A stretch of DNA of 64,000 nt from the human T2T-CHM13v2.0 reference genome, Homo sapiens: the NCBI RefSeq assembly GCF_009914755.1, contig NC_060947.1; one strand, written 5' to 3'. The position numbers and the translations under genes were made by a program. Below the pieces are notes generated by a model. That model ran no database searches. It saw only the letters and a list, made by a program, of their open reading frames with translations, and had not been told where the DNA came from. Shown in pieces: positions 45,689-62,909 of this stretch (positions are counted from its first letter, which is position 1; every line of letters starts with the position of its first letter).

Positions 45689-48600
45689 TGTCTTAGTGTG
45701 TTTGTATTGCCCTTACAAAATACCTGATACTGGATAATTCATAAAGAATATATGTGTTGCCATTCTAGGAGCTGGAAACAAAAAATTAGGGCACTGGTAG
45801 GTTTCACTGTCTGGTAAGAGCTGTTCTCTGCATACTCCAAAGGGGTGGAATGATGTGTCCTCACATGGTGGAAGGCACAAGAGCAAGCTAGTCAAGTGCT
45901 AAGTGAATTCTCTTTTGTAATAACCTTAATAAAATTTAAAAGGACAGGAACCCTCCTGACCTAATCACCTATTAAAAGCCCTATCTTTTAATATTATCAC
46001 ATTGGCTATTAACTTTCAACACCTGAATTTTAAAGGGGACATACTCAAACTATAGCATTTGCCTCTGGTTACCCAAAATTCATGTTCTTGTCACATGGAA
46101 AATACATTTATTCCACTTCAGTAGCCCTAAAAGTCTTAGTTTATTCCAGCATCAACTCAAAAGTATAAAGTTCAGAGTCTCATTTAATCAAATTTGGGTA
46201 AGACTCAAGGCATGATTCGTTGTGAGAAAAAATTCCCTCTATTGGTGAGCCTGTGAAATTAAAACAGTTATATACTTGCAAAAGAAAATTCTGGGACAGT
46301 TTTAGAATACACATTTCAATTCCAAAGGTAAGAAATAGGTAAAAAAAAATTGTAACAGGTCCCAAGCAATTCCTAACACAAGGTAAATAACACCATGTAG
46401 TGAAGCCTAAGAATAGACCTCCCCGACACCATGTCTTTCCTTTTGCACAAACTAAGATGAGAGTTGGGCACCCAGACTCTTGGTGACCACACCCTCATGG
46501 ATATTCTAGGAACAGCCCATGCTGCAACTTTCATGGGTTGAAGCCTTAGCCTATGGCTCTCCAATGCTGATGCTGCATGCTGATCACTTTAGAGATCTAG
46601 GGTATTGAGAATGGTCCTGCCAGGACAGCTTCACTAACTATTGCCCTAGTGGGGAATCTCTGCAGTGCCCCAGCCCCACAGTTCCACTTGTCATTGCTCT
46701 GGTGAAGGCTCTCAGCACTAGCTCCAATCCCACAGCTCTACTAGACATTTTCTAAATGAGGACTGTCTTTTGCACACCCACCCCTGAAATAGTAATCTGC
46801 CTGGGCCCCAAGGCTCTCTATGGCATCCTGTAAAATCTAAGTAGAGTTAGTCATGCTTCTGCAGCTCATGCACTCTGTACACCTGCAGAATTAGGACCAC
46901 ACGGACACTGCCAAGGGCCCTAGACTGCACCCTAGGAAAGCAATGGCCTGAGGCTCACCTGTGCCTGCTTGAACTACAGCTGGGGCAGCTCAAGAGCATT
47001 GTGCCAGAATGTGGGGAACAGAGATGAGACAGCCCTGGGCAGCAAGCCCTGATGTTTCATGAGCACCTGAATTTTGGGGGGAAAGTATTCAAACCATTTT
47101 ATTTTCTCCTGGACCCCGAAATTTGTGTCCTTCTCACATGCAAAATAAATTTATTCCACCACAATAGCTCCAGAAATATTAACTTTTTCAAACATCAACT
47201 TTAAAATCTATATCCAAAGTTTCATCTCAATATTGTCTAAATCAGATATGAGTGAGAATCAATGTATGATTCATTCTGAGACAAATTACCCTCCAACTGT
47301 CACCCTGTGATATCAAACAAGTTACATGCTTCCAAAATCCAATGGTGGGATACAAATAGGATAGATATTCTCATTTTCAAAGAGATAAATAGAAAAGAAG
47401 AATAGACTTATAAGTCCCAAATACGCTCAAAACCCAGCAAGGCAAGCAACATTAAATCTTAAGGCTGGAGAAAGATATTTGTTTACCTCATGTCACGCAT
47501 TCCAGTTACAATGAGGACAAAATTGGGCCCTTAAGGCTTCAGGTAACTCAGTCCCCATGTTTTAGCATAGCTCATGCTGCAGCCCTCAGAGACTGGAGTC
47601 TCATGCTTTGGGTTCTCCCAGGCTGTAGTTGCACACTGGTGGCTCTATTGTTTTGTGGTCTCGAGGGTGGTGGCTTTATTTATTTCTTTTTTTTTCTTTT
47701 CTTTTCTTTTTCTTTTTTTTTTTTTTTTTGAGACGGAGTCTCTCTTGCCCAGGCTGGAGTGCAGTGGCGCAATCTCCGCTTACTGCAACCTCTGCCCCCC
47801 CAGGTTCAAGCGATTCTCCTGCCTCAGCCTCCTGAGTAGCTGGGACTACAGGCGCCCGCCACCACGCCCAGCTAATTTTTGTAATTTCAGTAGAGGGGGG
47901 TTTTGCTGTGTTAGCCAGGATGGTCTCGATCTCCTGACCTCATGATCCACCTGCCTCAGCTTTACAAAGTGCTGGGATTACAGGCGTGAGCCACTGCTCC
48001 CCGTTGGGTGGCTTTATTTCTATGGCTCACTGAACATTGCCTTAATGGGGACTCTCTACCATTTCCTAGTTGCCATGGTTCCAATGGCTATTGCCATAGT
48101 AGGTTTCTCTGTGGCAACCCCACTCTCAAGGCAGCCCTCTTTTGGGGTTGCATATTCTAAGCTTTAGGAAGCTCCATTCTTCCAAATCCAGGTTAAGGCT
48201 TCCATGTTCCCATAGCTTGTGCACTCTGGTCCAGCAAAGATGGCACCGTGTGGATGCCTCCAAGGTTTTGTTACCTGTGCACTCTGGAGGGGTGGCCACT
48301 GTGACTCACATTGCACCTAGGCCCACTGGAGTCACACCTAGGATATCTGAGTTGCAATGGCTCAGAATTCAGGAAGCAGAGACTTAAAGCAGTGCCAGGC
48401 AGCAAGTGCTGAGACCTCAAGGATGACCAAGGCCCTTGTTTTAACATAGTTTTTTTCCCCAGGGCTTGGTACTTTTGGTTTTTGCTGGGAATGAAGCTAT
48501 GATGATATTGTAAATGCCTTCAGAGTCATTTTTCCATCCTCATGATGAATAGCACAAGGCTTCCACTCATCCGTACTAATCCCTTTATCAAATGGTTTTT

Positions 48601-49428
48601 TGGCCACATCCTTTGCGTTCTTTCTTGGACATACTTTTTCACTGGGTGCAACATGGCCAGGCTGGGACTTTTCCAAATCTTGAAGTTCTGCTTCTCTTTA
48701 TGTTATAAATTCTGTCTTTAATTTGATTCTCTTTTATTACCTTTTACTGTAAGCCATTACCCACCCTCAACACTTTGCTTAGAATTTTTTTTTTCTGCAA
48801 AAAAATTCTAGTTCTTTGTTCTTAAGTTTTTTTCACAAAGGACCAGGACACAAATAAAGTTCAGCCACATTTATTGCCACTTTATAACAAGGATGGCCTT
48901 TCCTCCAGTTTTTAATACCTTGTTCTTAATTTCCATCTTATACCTCATCAGAATTGCCTCCAACCCCTACCCATTACCCTGCTCCAAAGCCACTTTCACA
49001 TTTTCAGTTATTTGTTATAACAATACTCCATTTTTCAATACTAGTATCTGTCTTAGTATATTGATGTTTCCATAACAGAATACTGCAAATTGGGTAATTT
49101 GTAAACAATAGAAATTTATTTTTCACAGCTCTGGAGGCTGGACGTTTCAAGTTCAATGTGCCAGCAGATTTTGTGTCTGGTGAAGGCTTGCTCTATGCTT
49201 CCGATATGGTACCTTGTTGCTGTATCTTCATATGGCAGAAAGCAGAAGGGCAAAAAAGGACTAGAACATTCCTTTCCATCTCTTTTATACGAGCTCTAAT
49301 CCCATTCATGAGGTTGGAGTACTTATGACTTAATTATTTTCCGGGGCCCCACTTCTTAATATTATCACATAAAGTATAATGTTTTAACATGTTAATTTTG
49401 GAGGAACACATGCATTTAAACCATAGCA
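45689..49428 (-). mobile_element. Composite old MaLR (MSTC/MSTD/MLT1A-like): LTR 45689-46057, partial internal, LTR stub, second internal, LTR 49049-49428
   Basis: tgtcttagt...atagca LTR termini; the LTR-end/internal-start junction occurs twice (46021-46200 and 47064-47250). Confidence 0.8.
47682..48005 (-). mobile_element. AluSc-like
   Basis: Reverse Alu; TSD ggtggctttattt (47669-47681 / 48007-48019). Confidence 0.92.
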
Positions 49429-50304
49429 TCCTGTTAAGTTTCTGGTTAGTCCTCCTTTACTGGTATTACACTTAGCTGTTAGATTCCACCAGTTACTAGT
49501 TGATTGAAGTCTTGCTTTTGGCCTTTCAAATTTATGCTCTTTAGCATAAATTTCTCTGCACTCTGATCCAATTGATTTCAGGCCCTTTGTCAGGGCCATG
49601 GTATTGCCCGTCTTAGAAGCTTGTTTTGACCCACCGATAGGCAGAAAGAACTTGTGTGTTATAAACCAGAAACTGGCATGTGGGGGAGAAGGAATTGCTC
49701 ATCAGTAGCTTTCCTAACAAGATCTGCCCTACAGGGCAAGTGCTGTGTGTGCTTGTGTGTGTGTGTGTGCCCGCGCCTGCACATGCATGCATCCATGTAT
49801 AGAGACAGAGAACAGGCACCAGTGTCACTGCCATCACTACTCAATATAGGCCTTCTGAAGCATGGATTTGTGAAAAATATGATCTGTAGATGTTAACTTG
49901 TTGCCAATCCACCCAGAACAGGTTTTCTACCTTAATCAGCTGTGAGAAAGAAGAATTGCCACCTGGCTGTCAGGATAGCTAAAATAGTTTCTCCACAAGG
50001 CAGACCTGTTGGGGATGGGTATAATCCCCACCTTGAATACCACAGGATCCCATTTTTCTTACCAAGTTTCTATAGATATTTTTGAGTAGATGCTTCCCAA
50101 TTTTTTATAAGTACTTTGATCCCAAGCGCTTTGAATGATTGTCTTTGCTAGTTTTGACAAGCTTAAAACATGTCCCTGTGGGGCAGAGGTTTCTACAAGC
50201 TCCTCACATTGCCATTCCATGAGTTCTGCCTCCAAGTGTTTGTGGTTCTTTTAGTAGACATATTTTAGTTATTAATTGTAGTTATTACAAAATAATAGAA
50301 AATA

Positions 50305-50770
50305 ACACTTGTATGTTTATCACTGCATTATTCACAATAGCAAAGTCATGGAATCAACCTAAGTGCCCACAAATAGATGAGTGGATAAAGAAAATATGGC
50401 ATGTATAGGTCATGGAATACTATGCAGCCATAAAAATAATGAAACTATGTCCTTTGCAGCAGCATGGATGGAACATGAGGACATTGTCCTAGGTAAAATA
50501 ACTCGGAAACAGAAAAACAAATACCACATGTTCTCACTTACAAGTATGAGCTAAACAATAGGTACACATGGACATAAAGATGACAGTAATAGAAGTGGGA
50601 GACTCCAAAAAGGTGGAGGTTAGGAGGAGGCCAAGTGTTGAAAATTATCTGTTGGGTACAATGTTCACTATTTGGGTGATGGGTACATGAGAAGCCCAAA
50701 CCTCACCATTATGCAATGTATCCATGTAACAAACTTGTACATATACCCCCTGAATATGTAATAAAAAGGA
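50305..50770 (+). mobile_element. L1PB-like 3' end fragment
   Basis: atggaatactatgcagccataaaa ... L1PB-type 3'UTR ending aataaaaa. Confidence 0.85.
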
Positions 50771-50809
50771 AACTTCCACCATAGAAGGCAAAAAACAAAA
50801 AGCTATACT

Positions 50810-52520
<1,711 letters not shown>

Positions 52521-52529
52521 ACATATGAA

Positions 52530-53470
<941 letters not shown>

Positions 53471-54299
53471 TATAATTGATGCAAGTTGATAGCATATCCG
53501 CATTTATAAATTTTTTTTTCTGGGGACAATTTTGTCCTTTCTACTCACTACCTGCTTACAGTAAAACATACATAAAATGCAGAAAAATAAAAAAGAAGAT
53601 ATTAAAACGCAATCACTCACAATCTTCTATTTTAGCCTCTTCCAGTCCCTTTTCTTTCTTCCCATTCCCATTCCCTTCCTTACACACACACACACACACA
53701 CACATGCACACAATCAGTCCTGTATTTGGAATGTGTTTAGCTCCAGTATTTCCTTTGTGTAGAGTGGAAGACGCTTTTAACCAGTGTTTGATAGATATAA
53801 CTATATACAGATAAATAAATGTAGTAAGTCTAATAGGAACATCACCTTGCTACAAATTGACTAAACATGAATGCTCATTTTTATTAACAATCACTCTTGT
53901 GGTTTATTACCTCCAGTGAGCTGACTATAAAATTAATCTCTTGGAATCACTGAAATGTGACTAATAGCTACAATAAGACTTCCTGAACACACATACATAA
54001 AAATTCATGCATCAAAAATTTAGGGTTTATGATAAGTTCTGAAATTTCAGAAGATGGTCCAAAACATGAAAATTTTATGACCACCTTTTAAATTCTGAGA
54101 TTATATAGGAAATATAATATTTAACATTAAGAGGAATAATGTATAACTATGTTAAGAAAAGGTCTAAATACATGATAAATGGGATAACATCAAAACAAGA
54201 AAATGAAAATACATCATATTCTTTTGTTCAGTGCTTCAATTTAACAGTATTAGAAAATCATCCCTAATAGAAAGTATTAGAAAATAATTATCATATAAA

Positions 54300-54430
54300 A
54301 TGAGGGCTATAAGGAACCTTAGACATCATCTAATATAAATCTTCATTTTTTAGATAATAAAATTGGGATCCAGAGAAATGAAGTGCTCAAAACTGCTATT
54401 AGCAGAGCTGGGACGAAAACTTAGTTCAAT
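54300..54430 (+). mobile_element. MIR core fragment
   Basis: cttcattttttagataataaaattgggatccagagaaatgaagtg. Confidence 0.65.
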
Positions 54431-55499
54431 TATTTTACTGCTTTTTTACACTTCTACAAACACACATATCCACACACACACACCCCACACACTTTTCTAA
54501 TACAGTTCTCTGTATTTATCTCAGTTTTGACAACTGCCCCTCCTTATGCTTACCAATATAGGAATTTTTTTTTTCCTGCTTTTTCCCGTTTGGGCCAATA
54601 GTTATGCCTACTCCATTGTACCACACTTTATTCATCCCAGGTAGTTGGAAGGAAAGTGATTTCATTCACTAGGTTCTCATAGCTATTGCTCTTTAAAACA
54701 AATAATATCTGATAACAAAGGGCAGAGCACCTCTTTGAAATAGAACACAATTTCAACTAACGTGAATGCCTGATGTAAGCATTTCTGTGTAACTAAATGA
54801 TCTGGTTAGATGGAGCTTTATAATTAAAAAAATCTTTTGAAGATTTTAACAAATTTCTGGAGCCCCATTTCTGGGTATCATGTAGTTTAACGATCATAAC
54901 TGAATGTCTTTATTAAAACATTTTTTTGACTGAGGATATTGCAAGACTTGAGTTTCAGCTGCCTGAAAAATATTTGTCAAGGACTAGAGATATGAATAAC
55001 ACACAAGAGTTTAAGTTTTATGTGTACCATACACCAGAAAATGAATCTGGAAATTTTATTAAAAGTTTGTCAATATCGATGTGTTTTTCTGTGACTTATT
55101 TGTTTTGTTTAAACACAATAAAACAATACAACAACAAAATCTGTGCATTAAAGCTGTGTTCTAACTTGTTGAGGGTTTATAGTACCCAAAATAGATTTTA
55201 CTAATCACCACTTTAATGACTATAAGGTTTCAGGAAAGACCTTTTAGTGTATTATTTTGCCACAAATATTTCAATTTTTTTGTCTCTTTCAAAATGTATT
55301 TCTTATGTCTAAATCTCTCCAAGTCAAATCTCTCTATAATTTTATTTCTGTCTCTATTATAACATACGTCACATTAGCCCTCCTCTACATCTAATTATAT
55401 GGTTGTGTCTGTTTCTCACTGGATTTTTGTTCCTAAGTATATTAGTTTAGCATATTAATTTTTACAAACTGTTTTACGCACATCATTATTTTTTAATTT

Positions 55500-55607
55500 T
55501 GTGCTTTAGTAAGTTGCCCAAGTTGCTAGACAGTGGCATAAATGGACTTGAACCTAGGTTTTCTAATTTCCACTACATGACTCTTTACCACTAACCATAC
55601 TGCCTCT
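55500..55607 (+). mobile_element. MIR 3' fragment
   Basis: gtaagttgcccaag...ggacttgaacctagg...catactgcctct. Confidence 0.65.
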
Positions 55608-56173
55608 CATCATATTGTTAATGGCAGATGCTGTATTTTAAAATTGATTTTATATATTTCTCACAGCTCTAATAGAAAAATTTGTAAAAATAAATCATTG
55701 CACAAATGAATATTCATTAAATTATAATTTGAGTGCTAGAACAATCATTCAAGAATAAAGCAGACTGATAATCAAATGATTAGAAGCAATTATGCACCCT
55801 AAGATGTTAACACCCTGTCTGTGCCTCTTAACAGAAAGTTTGCCATTTTTTTGATGTCAAATATTGTTACTTCAAAGAAAAATTATTTGACATTTGGGAC
55901 AATTTCTGTGGAGCTATTTTGTCTATAGAAAATGAAGTGAGTTTTAAGCAGAGTAATAGTGAAAAAAAAGAGAATTTTTAGCCAAATGGTTTCAAAACCT
56001 TTTAGACTTCTCTCTTTTACATAGAACTACTACAGTTGGAACATAAGTCAAAGCCCAGCACTACTCACACAAATGCTTTAAGTACAGGAATTGTATCTTC
56101 TCCAGCATTGAACTGAACTGCCATTGTTAATCACACATATTTTTCTTGATTCTAAAAGCCAGGAATTTTAGTG

Positions 56174-58705
56174 CAGAGATTCCCAAGTAGTATGCCAAAA
56201 ATGGGTTACAAAAGTACCAAGACACGGATCCCCTCAGCACTCAACATGGTGCTGCAGAGCCACGACAGCCTAGCACTATATTCTCTGACAATGAACAGTG
56301 ATATGGTTTGGCTGTGTCTTCACCCAAATTGCATCCTGAATTGTAGTTCCCATAACCCTCACATGTCATGGGAGGGACCCAGTGGGAGATAATTGAATCA
56401 TGGGGGTGGTTATCTCCAGGCTATTCTCATGATAGTGAGTGAGTTCTCATGAGATCTGATGGTTTTATAAGGGGCTTTTCCCTTTTTTGCTCAGCACTTC
56501 TCCTTGCTGCCACCATGTGAAGAAGGACATGTTTGCTTCCCCTTCTGCTATGATTGAAAGTTTTCTGAGGCCTCCTCAGCCATGCTGAACTGTGAGTTAA
56601 TTAAACCTCTTTCTTTTATAAATTACCCAGTCTTGGGTGTGTCTTTATAACAGTGTGAGAATGGACTAATACAGTAAATTTGTACCTCAGAGTGTGGGGT
56701 GCTGCTATAAGGATACCTGAAAATGTGTAAGCAACTTTGGAACTGGAAAACAGGCAAAGGATGGAAAGGTTTGGAGGGCTCAAAAGAAGACAAGAAAATG
56801 TGGGAAAGTTTGGAACTTCCTAGAGACTTGCTAAATGGTTTTGACCAAAATGCTGATAGTGATATGGGCAGTGAAGTCCAGGCTGAGTTGGTCTCAGATG
56901 GAGATGAGGAACTCGTTCGGAACTGGAATTCTAACTTAATAATCATCTGAAATATAAGATATAAAGGTGACTCTTGCTAAGCTTTAGCAAAGAGACTGGC
57001 AGCATTTTGCCACTGCCCTATGGATCTGTGGAACTTTAAACTTGAGAGGGATGATTTAGAGTATCTGGTGGAAGAAATTTCTAAGCAGCAAAGCATTCAA
57101 GAGGAGGCAGCACATAAAAATTTGGAAAATTTGCAGCCTGACAATGCACTAAAAAAGAAAAACTCATTTTCTAAGGAGAAATTCAAGCCTGCTGCAGAAA
57201 TTTGCATAAGTAACAAAGAGCCAAATATTAATCACCAAGGCAATAGGGAAAATGTCTCCAGGGCATGTTAGAGAACTTTGTGGCAGCACCTGTCATCACA
57301 GGCCCAGAGGCCTAGGAGAAAAAAGAAAGATTTAGTGGGTCAGGCTCAAGTTCCCCTGCTGTATGCATCCTAGGGACTTTAAGCCCTGCATCCCAGCTGC
57401 TACAGCTCTGGCTAAAAGTGGTCAAGGTACATCTCGGGCTGTGGCTTCAGAGGGTATGAGTCCCAAGCCTTGGCAGCTTCCATGTGGTGTTAAGCCTGTG
57501 GGTGCACAGGAGTCGGCAATGAGGTTTCTGAACCTCTGCCTAGATTTCAGAGGATATATGGAAACGCCTGGATGTCCAGGCAGAAGTTTGCTGCCAGAGG
57601 AGAGCCCTCATGGAGAACCTCTTCTAGGGCAATGTGGAAAGGAAATGTGGGGGTGGAGCCCTCACACACTGTCCCCACTGGGGCACTGCCTAGTGGAGCT
57701 GTGCAAAGAGGATTACCATCCTCCAGACCCCAGAATGGTAGATCCAATGACAGCTTGCACCATGAGCCTGGAAAAGCTGCAGACACTCAACACTAGCTCA
57801 TGAAAACAGGAGGGAGGAGGGCTGTACCCTGCCAAGCCACAGGGGCAGAGCTGCTCAAGGTCATGGAAGCCCACCTCTTACATCACGTGACCTGGATGTG
57901 AGACATAGTATCAAAGAATATTATTTTTGGGCTTTAAGATATAATTACTGCCCTATTGGATTTTGGAATTGCATAGGGCCTGTAGCCCCTTCGTTTGGGC
58001 TAATTTCTTCCATTTGGAATGGGTATATTTAACCTATGCCTGTACCCCCATTGTATCTAGGAGGTAGCTAACTTGCTTTTGATTTTACAGGCTTATAGGC
58101 AGAAGGGACTTGCCTTGTCTCAGATGAGACTTTGGACTTGGACGTTTTAGTTAATGCTGGAATAAGTTTAGACTTTGTTGGGAAGGCATGATTGTATTTT
58201 GAAATGTGAGGACAGAAGATTTGGGAGAGGCCAGGGGTGGAATGATATGATTTGGCTGTGTCCCCACCTAAATCTCATTTGAATTGTAGTTCCCATAATT
58301 TCCTTGTGTCATGGTAGGGACCTGGTGGGAGATAATTGAATCATTGGGGGTGGTTACCTCCATGCTGTTCTCATGATAGTGACTTAGATCTCATGAGATC
58401 TGATGGTTTTATAAGGGGCTTCTCCCTTTTTTGCTCAGCACTTCTCCTTGCTACTGCCATGTGAAGAAGGATGTGTTTGCTTCCCCTTCCACCATGATTG
58501 TAAGTTTCCTGAGGCCTCCTCAGCCATGCTGAACTGTGAGTCAGTTAAACCTCTTTCCTTTATAAATTACCCAGTCTCAGGTATGTCTTTATTAGCAGCG
58601 TGAGAATGAACTAATACAAATAGCCTGATCTGTTTCCCCCAATGTGATGGTCAAATACTATTATTTTCTATGTATTGCACAGACATAAAAAGTTGAGAAT
58701 CAGTG
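56174..58705. mobile_element. Probable hAT-Charlie MITE split by THE1D (56174-56298 and 58619-58705)
   Basis: Imperfect TIRs cagagattcccaa / ttgagaatcagtg, TAG-containing flanks. Confidence 0.5.
56299..58618 (+). mobile_element. Full-length THE1D MaLR (LTRs 56299-56673 and 58243-58618)
   Basis: Two LTRs and a ~1.57 kb internal region; 5-bp TSD aacag/aatag. Confidence 0.93.
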
Positions 58706-59639
58706 CACTAGAAGGTAACACTTGGTTAATTCAGCTTTCTAAATATAATGCAAAATATTTGAAATTTCAGACTTATAATATTTTTTCTTCTGGTTTGAAT
58801 TACTGAGGTTTGACAAAGAAACATGAAAATGTGGAATGTAATAACTTTATCTATTTTAAAAAGTGCATTTAATCTATGCAAAATGGTTGTTAACTTATGG
58901 CAAGATAGTTTTTATTACATTTATATGTTTAGATAAATCTCATACCATCAAGATCTGGCCAATATCACTATATGCTTGTTTTCTTTATTATTGATTTTTT
59001 AATTTTAAACAATTTTCTCAGTAATTTTTCACACCTCAGAATCACATTACTATTAATCATATTAATATTCACTTCTGCTGAAGTATGTTTATTCATGGTT
59101 ATTATGCCTGAATACCTCACTAGAAATCAATTTTGTAGAGGCCACAAATCAAGACATTTTATTCCGTCAGGATTATGGCTCTGTGGAAACTACCAGGGAC
59201 ACAGGATCTTTAATCCACGCTCAAGAGAATCAGTCCAACATCCATCTAGATAATCCATTGAGTATGTTTGCCTCACAGTTACTTGATTTTCAACCACTGT
59301 TCACTTCAGCCACCTACTTTCATGCACTCACTATGGACTCCACAGTAATTTTGAACTGCTCCATCTCTGAAATAATAATAATTAAAAAAACCTCTAGTAT
59401 CTCATTCTCTGAACCACAACTTCCTGTAGTTCCAGAACACTTTCATTTATTCAAAAATATTTATTGGGTACTTTCTAAGTAAAAGCTGTTTTTCTAGACC
59501 CTGGAGGCACAGTGAATAATAGTTACAACTTTCATACATGCTATTTAAAACGTACAGGATGTAATCAAATCAGGCTGGTTACAGAATATAACTACATTCT
59601 GATGAGAACACATTCTGAATAACTGCCAAATCTGTTCCT

Positions 59640-60378
59640 TCCTTTTTTGTCTAAAAGCCATTTCCTTAGATAAGTCTGTCATTCATTCTTGCCTAGTTGC
59701 AGCTTTAATAACCAACCTGGCTTCCTGCCCTGAGTTATCTCATTCCTTCTTCTTTCATGTTAATTCTAAAGTGATCTATTTCAAACACAAATTTGATTCA
59801 GCCACGTTTTTGCTTAACATCCTTAAAATTACTGTTCATACTTTCCAGAATACAGTTCAACTTTCTTAATTTAGCATATAAAATATTCCATATTTTGACT
59901 AATATCTATTTCTGTGCTCTCATCTCCTGACATACTCCACATACACCCTCTCTTAAATCAAACCCATAGCTTCTAGACTGCATCTTGATTCCTGATGTCA
60001 TTGTGCTTTTATGTGTGACCTTTTAACTTCTCACAGTGCCTTTCATTCCTCATTTATATATCTTGTGTCTGTTTTTTAAAATCTATAATAAGCATCAACA
60101 TTTCTAAAAAGTCATCCTGATTGCTTCTTCCAGTCTGATTTATATGCCCATTATCTGCATTCTTACAGCACTTAGAAAATATCTTTGTTATAGCACTTGC
60201 TGTATAGGGTTTCTTTTGGTGTGTGTATTGTAGCACTTTCTCTATATTATACTTTTTGATTTCATGTTCATTTATCTCTCCAAGTTGTGACTTCCATGAG
60301 GGCTGGAAGTTTGTTTCACTTGACATTGTATTTTCAGTACCTGGTACAAAGTAGGTGCTTAAAAAATGTTCATGGGTA
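59640..60378 (+). mobile_element. L2 3' portion
   Basis: Typical L2 3' end ttccatgagggc...cagtacctggtacaaagtaggtgcttaaaaaatgtt. Confidence 0.7.
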
Positions 60379-60381
60379 TAT

Positions 60382-60555
60382 AGAGAGGAGGAGATGAAGA
60401 GAATAAATAAAGGGAGAGGGAGAGAAAGCAAGTAAGCTGAAGAGTAGAAAAATGTAGATGAAGGTAGGGAGGAAAGAAGGCAGGAAGAAAAGCAGGCAAG
60501 AAGAAGGAAGGAGGAGAGGAAAAAAGAAAGGAAGGAAGGGAGGGAGAAAAGAACA
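60382..60555. repeat. Purine-rich (GA/GGAA) low-complexity tract
   Basis: ~170 bp that are mostly A/G on the + strand. Confidence 0.85.
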
Positions 60556-62909
60556 AATAAATTCCTGTTGAAGCATAGTTTCTGCTGGAATCTTCAAAAA
60601 ATAAAGAGACAAAATAAAAAATTTATTACATGATCATTTATCACCTAGGTACATAAAACTATAAGAAACTCTTATAGTAAAATATGATTATTGCTTATAT
60701 CTGTTTACTTGTTCCTTGTAGTGGCTTGTTTTATTTTATTATTTTACATGTGTGCTAAAGTTTCTCCAGTTAAGTCTTCATTTGCTTGTGAGTGAATTTG
60801 TAGAACATAATCACACTCCTCAATTAGAACAGACTTTATACAAACAGTATTATTTTTTCCTTGTTGTGGGTAAATTGTAATTTAATGCAAAAGGCTCTGC
60901 TGTTTTACATTTTCCAGAGCTTTCATTCATTCTTGCTTAGTAATTACAAATGGCTTGTAAATAAACACTTGCAATGATTTTCAAAATGTTCTGTATTTAC
61001 TTATGAGTCTAGTATTTCTATCACTGTATCACTTAAGAGGTTTTGATATATTGTATACAGGTTCATTTTACAATGTATTTGAAGTTTGTAATTCTGCTTA
61101 AATATGAAAAAGTAGAAAGAATTAACAAACTGCTGCTTGCAGGCCAAGAGAAGACAGAGCTAAGGGAAATCAAGACAGAATCTATCAGAAACATGAAATC
61201 AATTGACAAAAGGTGGAAGACTGTCAACCAAAATAATATGTTATGGACCCTCAAGGCTTTCTGTTTATGCTAGAGGAAGCCTAAAATAATCTGTGGTTTT
61301 TGATGCTTGATTTAGTTTTCTACAAGCCTAATTAACAACAGATTAAGCTTGCTGCCACTATAGTTTATTACTGAGAGTGATACATACTTGCTGTTTATTT
61401 TTCTCTGGTACAGAAAGACTGGTGGCAGTAATCTTAAGAAAGTCAATTTCTAATGAACAAAATATTTCTTGGAAACAACTCAGTTATATCATGTTCTATC
61501 GGGGCATAACTGTTTTGGTTGGTTATAAAATGCAACTAAAAACATCCCCTGTTACAGGATGAAACTCCTTTGCTTTACTACAATTGAATGTGATGTAAAC
61601 TTTTTTGAATTCATAGCCAAGGGTCAGTAATCTCTTCTTTATGGAGAATGCATGGGGAAGTTTAATTCAGGTGTCTGTGTTCAGAACAATTCTGTATGTG
61701 CATTGTGATACTCCCTCCTTACCAACTTCCACTTATTTTAGGTTTCACTTTTCCAAAACTAGAAAGGACTCTTTAATTCCATCTCCAAAGTTTTTGATAT
61801 AGATTACAATTCAAGGTCACGTTGGAATCATAGTACTGTTTTGCTTTGCTTTGGATCTTTCTATTCTAAGCAAGATTTTACAGGGAAACAATAAAACAGA
61901 AGATATTTGTTTACACATGCAAACAGACTGGCAGCCAGATTTTTGTCTTATTTCCTGAATGCTCTCTTTTGACTTCAAAGAGAGCTTGATTTACATAAAA
62001 TTATGCAGGGGGTAAAGCTGGATAAGAAATCAGTATAAAAGAACAGAATACGTTATTCAGAGAATAAGATATGACATATGCCAGGAGTCCACTCTTAGCT
62101 GCCAACCTTAATAAAGAGATAAAAGCTTGAATAGTAAAAATTTAAAACGAATTATTGTATGCTATGATTTGTAATTTACAAAAAGGAATGGACAATTATG
62201 TCTTTATTTCTGGCTTATCTTGGCCCAACCTTTCCAGGGGCCATGGCTTAAGAACTCTTCAAATAATTACAGGAAAAGAGAGAGGGTAATTTTCCTTTAC
62301 TACCATTTATTTGGCTATTCAACTCTTTGCCTTTGATAATATGATACATTGAGAGGATAAATTTTTTCTATTCCTTCCCATATTAGTTTTTAGAAATGTC
62401 AGAACATGCATATTTCATTCCCTCAGACATCTATGCTTCAAATATCTCAAGACACAGCATGGTCGATCAAGAAAATCATGACCAGAAGAGATCTGCAAGG
62501 TTTTTTAACTCCTTCTCCTGTCTTTATAATATGTTGCCTAATGCATATATAGCTATCTAATCAGTTCTTAAGCAATTTCTATGTAGAAGGGAATAGGAGC
62601 TTCAGTGTCCCGCTCAGCATTTCAAAGTGTCTCTCTGTGCTCCAAAATTCCATTCAAGTTAAACTGCAGTCATCCATGGATGCTATTGTTTAGGTTTATT
62701 CTAAAAACATATGTTGGAGTAGCAATAAAGAAACATAAATGAGTAGTTATTTAAGAGCTGTGGAGTTGACTCTAACTGAAATTATTGCAATATATTACTA
62801 AAACTACTCCAAAAGAATAAGTACACTATATAGTGTGCAACACCACTCTTTGGCTTATATAACACTTCCTTTACTACTTTACTCATAGATAATAGTTTTC
62901 TTTCCTTAA

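Larger units (their letters stand above)
35005..50232 (-). mobile_element. Fragmented old L1MA/MB element (pieces 35005-36271, 41462-43557, 45043-45688, probably 49429-50232)
   Basis: Minus-strand 3'UTR then ORF2, colinear across the inserts (NKWKDIICSWIGIINVVKM); the 5'-most piece is tentative. Confidence 0.7.

Noticed and set aside
53500-56150. Possible continuation of the Gypsy relic (RT domain) upstream of the L2
   Set aside because: I could not find convincing YxDD, DYRxLN or MPFGL motifs by eye; this needs a profile search.
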